Origin: Thainema sp.
GTDB lineage: Bacteria; Cyanobacteriota; Cyanobacteriia; Phormidesmidales; Phormidesmidaceae
DNA: 64,000 bases
Direction of reading: 5' to 3'
Assembly: GCA_052168235.1 (NCBI GenBank)
Contig: JBQLZK010000005.1
Span: 64,001 to 128,000, forward strand
This document shows positions 1 to 9,643 of this stretch, in pieces (position 1 is the first letter of the stretch; each line of letters begins with the position of its first letter). The translations under genes were made by a program, and so were the position numbers. The notes beneath the pieces were generated by a model. The model was not told where the DNA came from and searched no databases. It was given only the letters and a program-made list of their open reading frames with translations.

Positions 1-1
1 A

Positions 2-169
2 GTGCTGTGGGGCGAGGAAGATCCGCTGTTAAGCAAAACGCTGCTTCAGGGAGTGGAGAAGTTTGTGGCCGCACCGCTGCAGCTGAAGCTTGTACCCTAT
101 TGCGGACACTGGATTCAGCAAGAAGTCCCCAAAACGGTGAACCGAGAACTGCTCGATTTTCTCCGCTAG
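2..169 (+). CDS. alpha/beta fold hydrolase, C-terminal fragment (gene starts before the window)
   Basis: Hand translation VLWGEEDPLL...CGHWIQQEVPKTVNRELLDFLR* shows the WGxxD acid and GHW catalytic His motifs; TAG at 167-169. Confidence 0.85.
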   Translation: MLWGEEDPLLSKTLLQGVEKFVAAPLQLKLVPYCGHWIQQEVPKTVNRELLDFLR

Positions 170-229
170 TTTAATAAAAATAGCCAGCCTGCCGTCGCAC
201 CACAGCGGCAAGCTGGCCGTTCTAGGTTA

Positions 230-316
230 GGACTTACGCACAGCGAACGAAAACTTAGATCTTGAATGATTTTTGGGGCGCGGAGCACCTCAAAAATCAT
301 TCAGTTGCGTAAGCCC
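230..316. mobile_element. MITE-like element with terminal inverted repeats
   Basis: GGACTTACGCA ... TGCGTAAGCCC (1 mismatch) flanked by TA on both sides; internal hairpin tgaatgattttt...aaaaatcattca. Confidence 0.65.
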
Positions 317-345
317 TAGAGGTCTTAAGGCAATTCAACTGCTAA

Positions 346-765
346 CTATTGCGTACCCAACCAGCGCTGATAAAGCTTACGAACAGCTTTCAGCACCGAT
401 TCATGGGCGGTGGGCGGAGTACTGCTACTTGGATCGAGATTTTGAATACGGCTGAGCAGCTTGGCTTCTTCCACAGCCATTTCGCCATCGCTGTAAACTA
501 AAGCACTGGTCGCTTCAATCAGCTGCTGACAAGCCTGAGAACTGGGATGATCGCCTAGGTATTCTCGCACCCAGCCATAGCATTCCTCGGGTTTAACAGT
601 GACCAATTCATACAGCAATGGGCGAATGTCTGGATCGTCGGTTAGTCCTTGTTCTGCGGCAATTCGCTGGAGATACTGTCGCTCTTCAGGCTGAATGCGA
701 CCATCAATCCAGGCCGCACCCACCAAGATTTTGAATAGTTTTTTGGTTTGGGTCGATTGAGTCAT
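346..765 (-). CDS. TerB family (tellurite-resistance-like) protein
   Basis: AAWIDGRIQPEE and VYSDGEMAVEE TerB-type repeats; ATG at 765 preferred over the GTG at 789. Confidence 0.8.
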   Translation of the reverse strand: MTQSTQTKKLFKILVGAAWIDGRIQPEERQYLQRIAAEQGLTDDPDIRPLLYELVTVKPEECYGWVREYLGDHPSSQACQQLIEATSALVYSDGEMAVEEAKLLSRIQNLDPSSSTPPTAHESVLKAVRKLYQRWLGTQ

Positions 766-1076
766 GCTGATATGCGATCGCAGATCCACGTTACGAGCAT
801 TGTGTTCTAAATCGTAGCTTGTAACGGCTGGATTACGTTGTCGAGTCTCAGCCCATCAATAGATACATGTCTGTGGGACTCAATCCTGCAAAGCGATACA
901 GACGCGCTTCCAATCAAGCAGCGCAACAAATCTTAAAATATTAAATCTGCGTTAAGAATCTTGGGCTGCAGGTCATCATATGATGTCAAAACGATAGGAC
1001 AGCACGAATCTATCCGCAGAGTCAAATCCAAATTAGATATATTAAGAAGGATAAGCGTTTTTGTTTTGGAGCGATT

Positions 1077-1820
1077 ATGGTAGGCAACCTCGCTCAGGCT
1101 TCTGCTTTTCCCAGACCTAAAGCGCAGGGTGCTGTCAAGCTAGAGCAGTTGTTTCGGACCGTCAATGCGGAAAGTTGCCCTCGGGTCTACAACTTCCACA
1201 TGCATACCGTTTGTTCAGACGGACAGCTGGAACCAGAAGCCTTGATGCAGCAAGCAGTTGATTTGAACCTGCAAGATATTGCGATTACCGATCACCACAC
1301 GATCGTAGGCTATCAGCGAGCCAAGTTGTGGTGTGAAGATTGGCAATGGCGGAATCCGTCCCGCCGATTTGGTCGTGATAAATCGCGATCGCGATCGATT
1401 CCCAGACTGTGGCCTGGGGTCGAAATCAATGCTGGATTGCTGAACACCGAAGTTCACATTTTGGGCTATGCCTTTCATATTGATCATCCCAGCATTCAAC
1501 CCTATCTACAACGTCATGCCCGCCACCGCAATGATCCGCTTTATGCTGCCGAAAACGTGATTGCCGGTATCCAAGAAGCGGGCGGTCTTGCCGTTTTGGC
1601 CCATCCGGTGCGGTATCGACGTTCTCCTGAAGATTTGGTGCGGGAAGCGGTGCGATTTGGCATTGATGGAGTCGAAACCTATTACGCCTACGACAATCCA
1701 GCGATTTGGCGACCGAGCCCACAGCGTACGGAGCGCATGGAGCAGCTTGCTCAGCGTTACGACCTATTGAGTACCTGTGGCACAGATACCCACGGTAAGA
1801 ATTTACTGCGTCGCCTGTAA
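1077..1820 (+). CDS. PHP domain metal-dependent phosphoesterase
   Basis: FHMHTVCSDG, ITDHH, GVEI, HILG, AHP and GTDTH motifs. Confidence 0.9.
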   Translation: MVGNLAQASAFPRPKAQGAVKLEQLFRTVNAESCPRVYNFHMHTVCSDGQLEPEALMQQAVDLNLQDIAITDHHTIVGYQRAKLWCEDWQWRNPSRRFGRDKSRSRSIPRLWPGVEINAGLLNTEVHILGYAFHIDHPSIQPYLQRHARHRNDPLYAAENVIAGIQEAGGLAVLAHPVRYRRSPEDLVREAVRFGIDGVETYYAYDNPAIWRPSPQRTERMEQLAQRYDLLSTCGTDTHGKNLLRRL

Positions 1821-1929
1821 AGAAGATCTAAAGAATGAGTTCTTGAGTTCTATAGAATGTTGATCGAGTAGATCGAGTACCTCAGAAGAGACTCCAAAAC
1901 GGTCACACAAACAAAAACGCTCAGACTGC

Positions 1930-1959
1930 AAGCGCTGCTCCTATCCAGGGGCAGCGCTT
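1930..1959. terminator. hairpin, probable terminator between convergent genes
   Basis: aagcgctgctcct-atcc-aggggcagcgctt followed by T-rich sequence. Confidence 0.55.
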
Positions 1960-2169
1960 AACTTTTGGGTTGATTTTTTTAGATTGACTTAGATTGACTG
2001 TTGCGGTGCTAAACAACCGTAAACTTGAAATGCTTTACCCCAATAGGATTTCCAACACCAGCAGGGGACTTGATTGGGAAAACAGGAGAAGAAGGTAGAG
2101 GGCTTGTTCGACAATCTTCTCCCATAGCTTGTTCTATTTCTGTATGCTTTCCGCGTTTTTGCTGATTAG

Positions 2170-2286
2170 CTAAACCGCACCGGATTGAGTTGCCAAAAGG
2201 CCGATTACGCCCAAACTAGTGACAAGCAGTAGTCCACCGAATAGGAGTGACTGCCCTAGCGTTTTTTGCGTTTGAGTAACTTTCAT
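2170..2286 (-). CDS. small single-pass membrane protein (38 aa), not in ORF track
   Basis: MKVTQTQKTLGQSLLFGGLLLVTSLGVIGLLATQSGAV*; GAGG 5 nt upstream of the ATG; one hydrophobic helix. Confidence 0.55.
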   Translation of the reverse strand: MKVTQTQKTLGQSLLFGGLLLVTSLGVIGLLATQSGAV

Positions 2287-2710
2287 CTCAACCTCAGTAA
2301 TTTCTCGTATAGGTTGATACTAAAAATACCAATATTTATCGGAACACAACTTCATGTAACGTAAAACACATAAAACCTTACGCTGCGTTACCTTTGGCGA
2401 GAGTTGTCTCTGACGAATATGTTGCTGCATATTACAAACCGATGGGTGAGTCCAATTACCTGAACTAGTTCTCGCTTGTGGTGAGTATTGGGTGCTGTGG
2501 TGAGTACTGGGTGATAGTACTGCGATCTCAATTCCGTCGGCTAAGGCAAGTCATTAGACCCTAACAGCCGGAGATGGAACGACTGGCAATGGATAGAGAA
2601 CCGTTTTATAAACAGTAAAGAATTGGTTAGAAGGGTGTGCGACTCAATTACTAGATCTTAGGCTGTAAAAAGTTTTCGTACATTTCCCGTCATTCATACC
2701 GCAAACGTTC

Positions 2711-4450
2711 ATGACTCAAACGTCTTCTCGGAATTCTCATCGTTCTCAAGGTTGGCAGCTAGCTGGTGTGCGCTGGCTCAAATGGTTGGTTCTGTTTGGC
2801 TCATCTGCGATCGCACTACCTGCGATCGCATCCTCCCTGACCTCCTCAACTGGAGAAAGCGGAATTAATGCACAACGGCTCCATGCCGAACCCTACAACC
2901 TCACAGGAGCCAAAATTGGTTTGGGGCAAGTTGAAATTGGCCGTCCAGGTTTATTTGGGCTCGATAAAGTGGTACCTGGAATGCCCGTAGTCAGCGTGAG
3001 TCGCGTCTTTTTTCGAGATAGCCGACCCGATGCCAATCAGGGTGTAGATTCTCATGCGGCTCACGTGGCTGGAGTCATGATCAGTGACGACAAGATGTTG
3101 GTGGGAGTTGCGCCAGGCGCACGCCTCTACTCTGCGGCAGTTGGTTCCCTGCGGCGCAGCGGTCAGCCGGAAGAGTGCCTGTCGTCGCAACATGTGGCAA
3201 TGCAAAACGGTGGCGACGTGCGCGCCATCAACTTCAGTTTTGGTGAACCGCTCTACCGCGATCCCCGCAGCGATGCGGTTCTGGATGGTAATGCACTCTT
3301 AACTCAGTGTATTGACTGGTCTAGCCGGGTTCACGATGTTCTATATGTCATTGCGGGGAATCAAGGCCGAGGCGGAATTCCGATTCCAACGGACAACTAC
3401 AACGGCTTAAATGTGGCCTATTCCGCGCGTGTGAATGGTGTGTTTAACAAAGTGGATTTTGCCAACTTAGGCAGTGAACCGGATCCGGTGCTGACCCAAG
3501 CTCCTCGTTCGGAAAGTAACGTCGGAGCGCGGCGTTCGATTGGGATTGTGGCTCCCGGTAATCAAATTGAACTGATCGATGCGGATGGCTCCGTTCGTGT
3601 GGCCAGCGGGAGCAGCTTTGCTGCGCCCCACGTTGCGGCTACAGTGGCACTGATTCAGGAATATGGCGATCGCCAGTTAGCTAGCCAAATACCGGGCTGG
3701 ACGCTAGATGCTCGCGAACCACAGGTGAGTAAGGCGGTGCTGATGAATTCGGCAAATAAATTAGAAGATACAGGCGATGGTCTAAACCTGGGCATGGATC
3801 GGACAGTAAGAACCGAAAGGAACCGCGACTGGACAGTTTCAGATGCCTTTCGTGATAGCCGAATTCCGCTGCATGATGAATTGGGCACTGGGCAACTCGA
3901 TGCGTTTCGCGCCTATGAACAGTTCAGTGCTGGCCAGTGGTCATCCGATACGCCAGTCCCCGTGCGGGGTTGGGACTACTCAACCGTCGGTCTAGAAGCC
4001 GATACGGCGGAGTACCAGGACTACGAAATTGAAGTGCCGCTACAGGCGAACAGCTATTTTTCAGCGACACTCACGTGGGATCGGCTAGTCGAGTTGCAGG
4101 ATGACAACAACAATGGGCTGTATGATCTGGGCGAAACATTCCGCGATCGCGGTTTAAATAACCTCGATTTGTATCTCATGCGAGCGGAAGACGACGATAT
4201 CGACGATGCGGTTTGGGCTTCCAATAGCAGTGTTGATAGTGCTGAGCATATCTTTTTCCAGGTTCCAGAAACCGGACGCTATAAGCTTCGTGTCGTTTAC
4301 TCTACGCGGCTCAATGATTCAACCCAGGATTATGCGCTGGCTTGGTGGGGCGCAACAGAAGGAGCACGAGACGAAACTGTTGAGGAAGGAACTGTTGAGG
4401 AAGGAACTGTTGAGGAAGAGATAATAGAAGAAGAAACAATAGAGGAATAG
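2711..4450 (+). CDS. secreted S8 (subtilisin-like) peptidase with acidic C-terminal tail
   Basis: Signal-peptide-like N-terminus; HAAHVAG (His), AGN oxyanion, GSSFAAPHV (Ser); GQVEIG at the usual Asp position. Confidence 0.85.
   Translation: MTQTSSRNSHRSQGWQLAGVRWLKWLVLFGSSAIALPAIASSLTSSTGESGINAQRLHAEPYNLTGAKIGLGQVEIGRPGLFGLDKVVPGMPVVSVSRVFFRDSRPDANQGVDSHAAHVAGVMISDDKMLVGVAPGARLYSAAVGSLRRSGQPEECLSSQHVAMQNGGDVRAINFSFGEPLYRDPRSDAVLDGNALLTQCIDWSSRVHDVLYVIAGNQGRGGIPIPTDNYNGLNVAYSARVNGVFNKVDFANLGSEPDPVLTQAPRSESNVGARRSIGIVAPGNQIELIDADGSVRVASGSSFAAPHVAATVALIQEYGDRQLASQIPGWTLDAREPQVSKAVLMNSANKLEDTGDGLNLGMDRTVRTERNRDWTVSDAFRDSRIPLHDELGTGQLDAFRAYEQFSAGQWSSDTPVPVRGWDYSTVGLEADTAEYQDYEIEVPLQANSYFSATLTWDRLVELQDDNNNGLYDLGETFRDRGLNNLDLYLMRAEDDDIDDAVWASNSSVDSAEHIFFQVPETGRYKLRVVYSTRLNDSTQDYALAWWGATEGARDETVEEGTVEEGTVEEEIIEEETIEE
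4375..4418 (+). repeat. 15-bp tandem repeat x3 encoding TVEEG
   Basis: aactgttgaggaagg repeated three times in the S8 gene tail. Confidence 0.9.
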
Positions 4451-4782
4451 AACCCTAAGCATCTCGCCCCCCCCTTAGCATCAAAGCTGGGTAGAAGGAA
4501 CGCTCCCAGCTTTGGCCACTAATCGACTGGGCTGGAAGACACCAGTCCTCAGCACTTACAGGGCATGAAGAGCGGGGTTGAATTTCGATTTATAGCATTA
4601 GCCGCAAGTCGCCTTGGTTAGGAGATTGGGAAACTCTGAAAACGTTCAAACGTTTAAATATTGGATTTCGTAAATATCTCAATCAAAGCGGCGACGGCTA
4701 CAACTCAGCCTTAGTCAACGCTCCTCACACTTCACACGCACGCCTGATTACGCAGAACACGCTCGTAGCTATCGTCTCAACT

Positions 4783-5142
4783 ATGACTAATCCGTTTCCT
4801 GACCCCGATGATGCACCTGACATCTATCGGCTAAAGTTCTTTTTCTACCTCGTGCCGGTTTTGGGATTTTTTCCGGCTCTGTGGACGCTCTATCAAAAAC
4901 AAGGAACGCGTCAAGAACGAGAGATCAGCCGCACGGCAGTGACATTGGCATTAGGCTGGGTGTTAAGTTATACCGTATTAAACACAGGGGCACAGGCTAG
5001 TGAATCCCTAACGCTACCGCTGCTGATTACTAGCAGTTTGGTTACGTCAGGCTATTTTGTGACGAACTTTTGGTTAATGGTGCGTCTTTTGCAACGTAAG
5101 CCAGTTCATTTACCTGGTCGGGGTCGGCATCGCGATCGCTGA
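4783..5142 (+). CDS. hypothetical membrane protein (about 3 TM)
   Basis: 119-aa ORF with hydrophobic segments. Confidence 0.7.
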   Translation: MTNPFPDPDDAPDIYRLKFFFYLVPVLGFFPALWTLYQKQGTRQEREISRTAVTLALGWVLSYTVLNTGAQASESLTLPLLITSSLVTSGYFVTNFWLMVRLLQRKPVHLPGRGRHRDR

Positions 5143-5472
5143 TGGGCACTGATTAGCATCGCCAAACCAGGATTATTTACGATTGTTACAATCAACCATC
5201 ACGATTGCAAAATCATAATCATAAGCTTGCGATCTCTCAAAAGATTGCTAAGATGGCGGCTGAAATTTGCAATGTATCTGAGCCCGAAAATGCTTTACGT
5301 AAAGAATAATCAGATCCGAGTCACTTGGTTGGAAGGTGACGGCTTGCTGTCGGGTGCATGTAGGTATAGGTTGGGTGCGATCGCAGATCTTGAAGATTAT
5401 TGATAAATCAGTTGATTCTTTTAACCGTAGCGGATCTATTATTGTTTGACTTAGCACGTACTGAGGCGACCT

Positions 5473-6930
5473 GTGACTAACTCAAAGTCCAACAAAGCAC
5501 GACAGTCCCCGAAAACCTCACCATCTTCGAAGTCCACATCGGCCAAAGGGAGAAAATCCCCTCAACAGTCCCCAAAAGGCCCCAAGCTCCTGCGCTGGGC
5601 GACTTTAATGGTTGGACTAGCCGGAGTAGCAGTTGTTTCTGCTACCGCTGGCGCTTTGTTGGCCGTCTCACTGTCCAGTACACCCCTGCTGCAGAGTAAT
5701 CTCACCCCAGAGGAAGAAGAAGTCTTTAATCAGGGAGACGACATCGCCTCAAACTCAACACTACGTCTGCCTAAGCTGACCCGACCCGTCAATATTTTGG
5801 TGCTGGGCATTAAAGTGATCAGCTCCGAAACCGACAACCCACCACCGGAAGTTCAAAACCTCGGTTATCACGCCTTGGTGAACTCATTTGATGGACTGTC
5901 GGATACAATGCTGCTCATCCGATTTGATCCTCGCGACGAAAAGCTAACTATCCTCTCGATTCCCCGCGATACGCGCACCTGGGTTGATGGGCTCGGAACG
6001 ACCAAAATCAACGAGGCAAATTACTACGGTGGCCCTGCTCTCAGCGCTCGTAGCATCAGTGAACTCCTCGGTGATGTTCCCATTGATCGCTATGTACGGA
6101 TCAATGTGCAGGGCGTCGAAAAGCTGATTGATGCATTGGGCGGCGTAACTATTAATGTGCCGACAGAAATGCGCTATCAAGACGATAGTCAGCACCTTTA
6201 TATTAATCTGCAGCCCGGCGAGCAAAAGCTAGATGGCGATAAGGCCATGCAGTTTTTGCGCTTTCGTTATGACGAGTATGGGGATGTCGGTCGAGTTCAG
6301 CGTCAGCAAATGCTGATGCGTGCCCTTGTGGAACAAAGCCTGAACCCCAAGACAATTGCCCGAATTCCTAAAATTCTCTCCGTCATCCAGTCTCATGTAG
6401 ACACTAATCTCAGCGTAGAAGAATTGGTCGCTTTAGTCGGATTCGCTTCACAAGTGGATCATGCCGATAACCAAATGCTGATGCTACCAGGTGAGTTCAG
6501 TTCACCCAGCGAGTTTGAGCTGAGCTACTGGCTACCCAACTATCAGCGGATTGATGAAATTGTGGATCAGTATCTTCGCTACGGCTCTTCCTCTCAGATA
6601 GCCGTGAGTCCAAGCTATCTCCGCATTGCCGTTCAAGACAGCACCCGTCGTACAGCTGCTGTTGATCGGCTCATGGATAAACTTTATGACGGCGGCTACA
6701 CCGGCATTGAAATCGGTGAGCGCTGGCAAGAGCGGCTTGAAACAACTCAAATCATCGCCCAGCAAGGTGACGTTGCGAGTGCTGAAATGGTGCAACGCTA
6801 TTTGGGATTTGGCGAAGTTCGAGTTGAAAGCACTGGCACGCTTCAATCAGACATTACGATTAAACTGGGACAAGATTGGCTAGAGCAAAATCCCGATTTA
6901 AAGCCTTCTGATCAATACTTGGGTGATTAA
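5473..6930 (+). CDS. LCP (LytR-CpsA-Psr) family protein with LytR C-terminal domain
   Basis: N-terminal TM; SDTMLL, SIPRDT, KINEA, FLRFR and DVGRVQRQQ motifs; C-terminal DITIKLGQD. Confidence 0.92.
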   Translation: MTNSKSNKARQSPKTSPSSKSTSAKGRKSPQQSPKGPKLLRWATLMVGLAGVAVVSATAGALLAVSLSSTPLLQSNLTPEEEEVFNQGDDIASNSTLRLPKLTRPVNILVLGIKVISSETDNPPPEVQNLGYHALVNSFDGLSDTMLLIRFDPRDEKLTILSIPRDTRTWVDGLGTTKINEANYYGGPALSARSISELLGDVPIDRYVRINVQGVEKLIDALGGVTINVPTEMRYQDDSQHLYINLQPGEQKLDGDKAMQFLRFRYDEYGDVGRVQRQQMLMRALVEQSLNPKTIARIPKILSVIQSHVDTNLSVEELVALVGFASQVDHADNQMLMLPGEFSSPSEFELSYWLPNYQRIDEIVDQYLRYGSSSQIAVSPSYLRIAVQDSTRRTAAVDRLMDKLYDGGYTGIEIGERWQERLETTQIIAQQGDVASAEMVQRYLGFGEVRVESTGTLQSDITIKLGQDWLEQNPDLKPSDQYLGD

Positions 6931-7264
6931 TCAACCTGTCGGCTCATGGCGCACCTCTCTGCTGTCAACACTGATCTTGGATAAGTTTGTCCGTCAGTAT
7001 CGGCACAATCCGCGCTGATACTGACAAATCAATGTGGCAGCGGCTACTCAAAACTGACTTTTCAGACCTATCTCGCTCCAAATTTTGGTGGCTAGGCGGT
7101 ATTACGGCAGTCGAATGTAAAACGTAAAAATTAGGCTTTGGCTTGAGCAGCAAATCGTGTAAGGGCACACATCTGCTTATTTATTGCGTTTCCGAAAAAT
7201 TGGTCAACTCAACTGTTGGATGTAGGTTAAGCTGTGCATCACGCACATTGTTCTTTTCTCCGTC

Positions 7265-8215
7265 ATGACTGTCCAGAGCGAAACGATTAATCAGATTGGT
7301 CGTGCCCTTAGCAAAGTGGTTGTAGGGCAATCGGTTTTGGTTCAACAACTTCTTGTGGCTTTGCTCTGTGGCGGCCATGTCATCCTTGAAGGCGTGCCGG
7401 GAACGGGAAAAACGCTCACGGTAAAAGTTTTGGCCAAGCTGATTCAGGCCGACTTTCGCCGCATTCAGCTCACGCCCGATATTTTGCCATCGGATATCTT
7501 GGGCACTAATATTTTTGACTTGAATAGCCGGACGTTTACCCTCAAGCAGGGGCCAATCTTTACGGAGGTGCTGCTGGCGGATGAGATTAACCGCACGCCG
7601 CCCAAAACTCAGGCGGCACTCTTGGAGGCGATGGAAGAACAGCAGGTGACGCTGGATGGCAAAAGTTCGCCGCTGCCGGATTTGTTCTGGGTGATTGCGA
7701 CGCAGAACTCGCTGGAATTCGAAGGCACCTATCCATTACCAGAGGCGCAGCTTGATCGGTTTCTGTTTAAGCTGATTGTGGACTATCCCGATCAGGCCGA
7801 TGAAAAGCGGATGTTGCTGAATGTGCAAAAGGGATTTGAGGCCAAACGAATGAATATTGGTCGATTGGAATCCATTGTCAGTGTCGAGCAAATTTTGGCG
7901 GCGCGAAAAGAAGTGCGCCAAGTGCAGGTGCAGGACAATTTGATTGACTATCTGCTGGAAATTGTGCGCCGCTCGCGCCAGCATCCTGATTTGCTGCTGG
8001 GGCCATCGCCCCGTTCAGCGGTGTCTTGGCTACAGGCTAGTAAAGCCCAAGCGTGGCTGTGCGATCGCAACTTTGTCACCCCCGACGATATTAAAGCCGT
8101 CGCTAATCCTCTCTTACGCCACCGGCTAATTCTCAATCCCGAATCCCAACTGGACGGGGTGCAAATTGAAACGGTAATTACGTCATTATTAGAACAGGTC
8201 GCCGTTCCCCGCTGA
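7265..8215 (+). CDS. moxR: MoxR family AAA+ ATPase
   Basis: LEGVPGTGKT Walker A, RIQLTPD, LLADEINR, YPLPEAQLDRF. Confidence 0.93.
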   Translation: MTVQSETINQIGRALSKVVVGQSVLVQQLLVALLCGGHVILEGVPGTGKTLTVKVLAKLIQADFRRIQLTPDILPSDILGTNIFDLNSRTFTLKQGPIFTEVLLADEINRTPPKTQAALLEAMEEQQVTLDGKSSPLPDLFWVIATQNSLEFEGTYPLPEAQLDRFLFKLIVDYPDQADEKRMLLNVQKGFEAKRMNIGRLESIVSVEQILAARKEVRQVQVQDNLIDYLLEIVRRSRQHPDLLLGPSPRSAVSWLQASKAQAWLCDRNFVTPDDIKAVANPLLRHRLILNPESQLDGVQIETVITSLLEQVAVPR

Positions 8216-8299
8216 TCCTTGATTATGTTGTTGGAACTGTGTGCGTTGCACACAGTTCCAACAACAAGAATGGTTTTTACAGTAGGAGAAATATGTAGG

Positions 8300-9619
8300 A
8301 TGATTCCCGCTGCTCGCCTGTACTGGTTTTTATTGCTCAGTGGTGCGATCGCAACTGCGGTTTCGGTCTTTGTGGAGTCGAGTTTGCGCCTTCAGTTTGG
8401 CATTGTGGTGCTGCTGTTCATTGATAGCATCCTACTGCTGCTGAGTTGGTGGGATAGCGTGCAGGTGCGTAGCCAGCGGGTTGAGGTTCAGCGCCAGCCT
8501 TTGCAGCGCTTATCAATTGGGCGGGACAACAAAATTGAGCTGACGATTAAAACGGCTCAGCAACCAGCAACTTTAGAAATCTATGACCTCTATCCGGCGG
8601 AGTTTCACGTTTCGGCCATGCCGCTGCGGGTAATCGTTCCGGCTAACGCGACGGAAACCGTTACCTTTACTGTTTTTCCTGACCATCGCGGCGAATATCA
8701 GTGGGGCGATATTCAGGTGCGACAGCTTGGAGCTTGGGGCTTGGGCTGGCACGCCTGGACGGTTCCGCAGGCTCAAACCGTAGCGGTTTATCCGGATCTA
8801 ATTGGGTTGCGATCGCTCACTATTAAGCTAGCCATTCAGTCTACCGGATCGATTCGTCAAGCTAAACGGTTGGGCGTTGGCACTGAGTTTACCGAACTGC
8901 GCGAATATGCCATTGGCGACGATCCGCGCTTTATTGACTGGAAAGCCACCGCTCGCCGCAGCCAGCCGCTAATTCGAGTGCTGGAGCCGGAGCAAGAGCA
9001 AACGCTGATTATTCTGCTGGATCGGGGCCGCTTAATGACGGCAAAGGTGAAGGAAATCTCACGGTTTGACTGGGGACTGAACGCTACGCTTTCCCTGGCT
9101 TTGGCCGGACTGCACCGGGGCGATCGGGTTGGGGTTGGGGTTTTCGATCGCCAGCTTCACACCTGGATTCCGCCCACGCGCGGACAGCAGCATTTACCCA
9201 AGCTGATTGAGCGCCTGACGCCGATTCAGCCGGAACTGGTGGAGTCGGACTATCTCAGTGCGGTGACGACGGTGGTGAACCAGCAGCATCGGCGGGCGCT
9301 AGTGGTGATTCTGACGGATCTAGTGGATAAGACCGCGTCGGCAGAACTACTCTCGGCCTTGGTACGCTTGCGTCCGCGCTACCTGCCGTTTTGCGTCACC
9401 CTGCGCGACCCGCAGGTGGATGTGCGTGCCCATGAGCTAACGGATGAGATTGAAGCCACTTACACGCGTGCGGTAGCGCTGGATCTGATTGCTCAGCGCC
9501 AGCTCGTATTTCAGCAGCTCAAGCGCAAGGGTGTGATGGTACTGGACGCCCCAGCGGATCGGATTACAGATGAATTGGTGGAGTCGTATTTGCGGATCAA
9601 GAGCCGCAGTCGGCTATAG
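8300..9619 (+). CDS. DUF58 (VWA-like) MoxR-associated protein
   Basis: EFTELREYAIGDD, IDWKATAR, LLDRGR motifs; follows moxR; ATG at 8300 preferred. Confidence 0.9.
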   Translation: MIPAARLYWFLLLSGAIATAVSVFVESSLRLQFGIVVLLFIDSILLLLSWWDSVQVRSQRVEVQRQPLQRLSIGRDNKIELTIKTAQQPATLEIYDLYPAEFHVSAMPLRVIVPANATETVTFTVFPDHRGEYQWGDIQVRQLGAWGLGWHAWTVPQAQTVAVYPDLIGLRSLTIKLAIQSTGSIRQAKRLGVGTEFTELREYAIGDDPRFIDWKATARRSQPLIRVLEPEQEQTLIILLDRGRLMTAKVKEISRFDWGLNATLSLALAGLHRGDRVGVGVFDRQLHTWIPPTRGQQHLPKLIERLTPIQPELVESDYLSAVTTVVNQQHRRALVVILTDLVDKTASAELLSALVRLRPRYLPFCVTLRDPQVDVRAHELTDEIEATYTRAVALDLIAQRQLVFQQLKRKGVMVLDAPADRITDELVESYLRIKSRSRL

Positions 9620-9643
9620 GTCAGCGTTTAGTTTTTTCAGCGT

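Noticed and set aside
2355..2370. TGTA-N8-CACA, NtcA/CRP-like site upstream of the 38-aa ORF
   Set aside because: One half-site deviates and there is no -10 element at the canonical spacing
2477..2513. Two 18-bp direct repeats (tgtggtgagta.tgggtg) as a CRISPR remnant
   Set aside because: Adjacent tandem duplication with no spacer and no cas genes
4590..4702. Degenerate inverted-repeat element (tagccgc...gcgacggcta)
   Set aside because: Arms too degenerate and only one copy in the window
4720..4745. CTCCTCACAC resembling the Yfr1 sRNA core
   Set aside because: Lacks the leading A, the flanking hairpins and terminator, and the usual guaB-trxA context
7265..9619. MoxR-DUF58 as a novel system
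   Set aside because: A common, known gene pair
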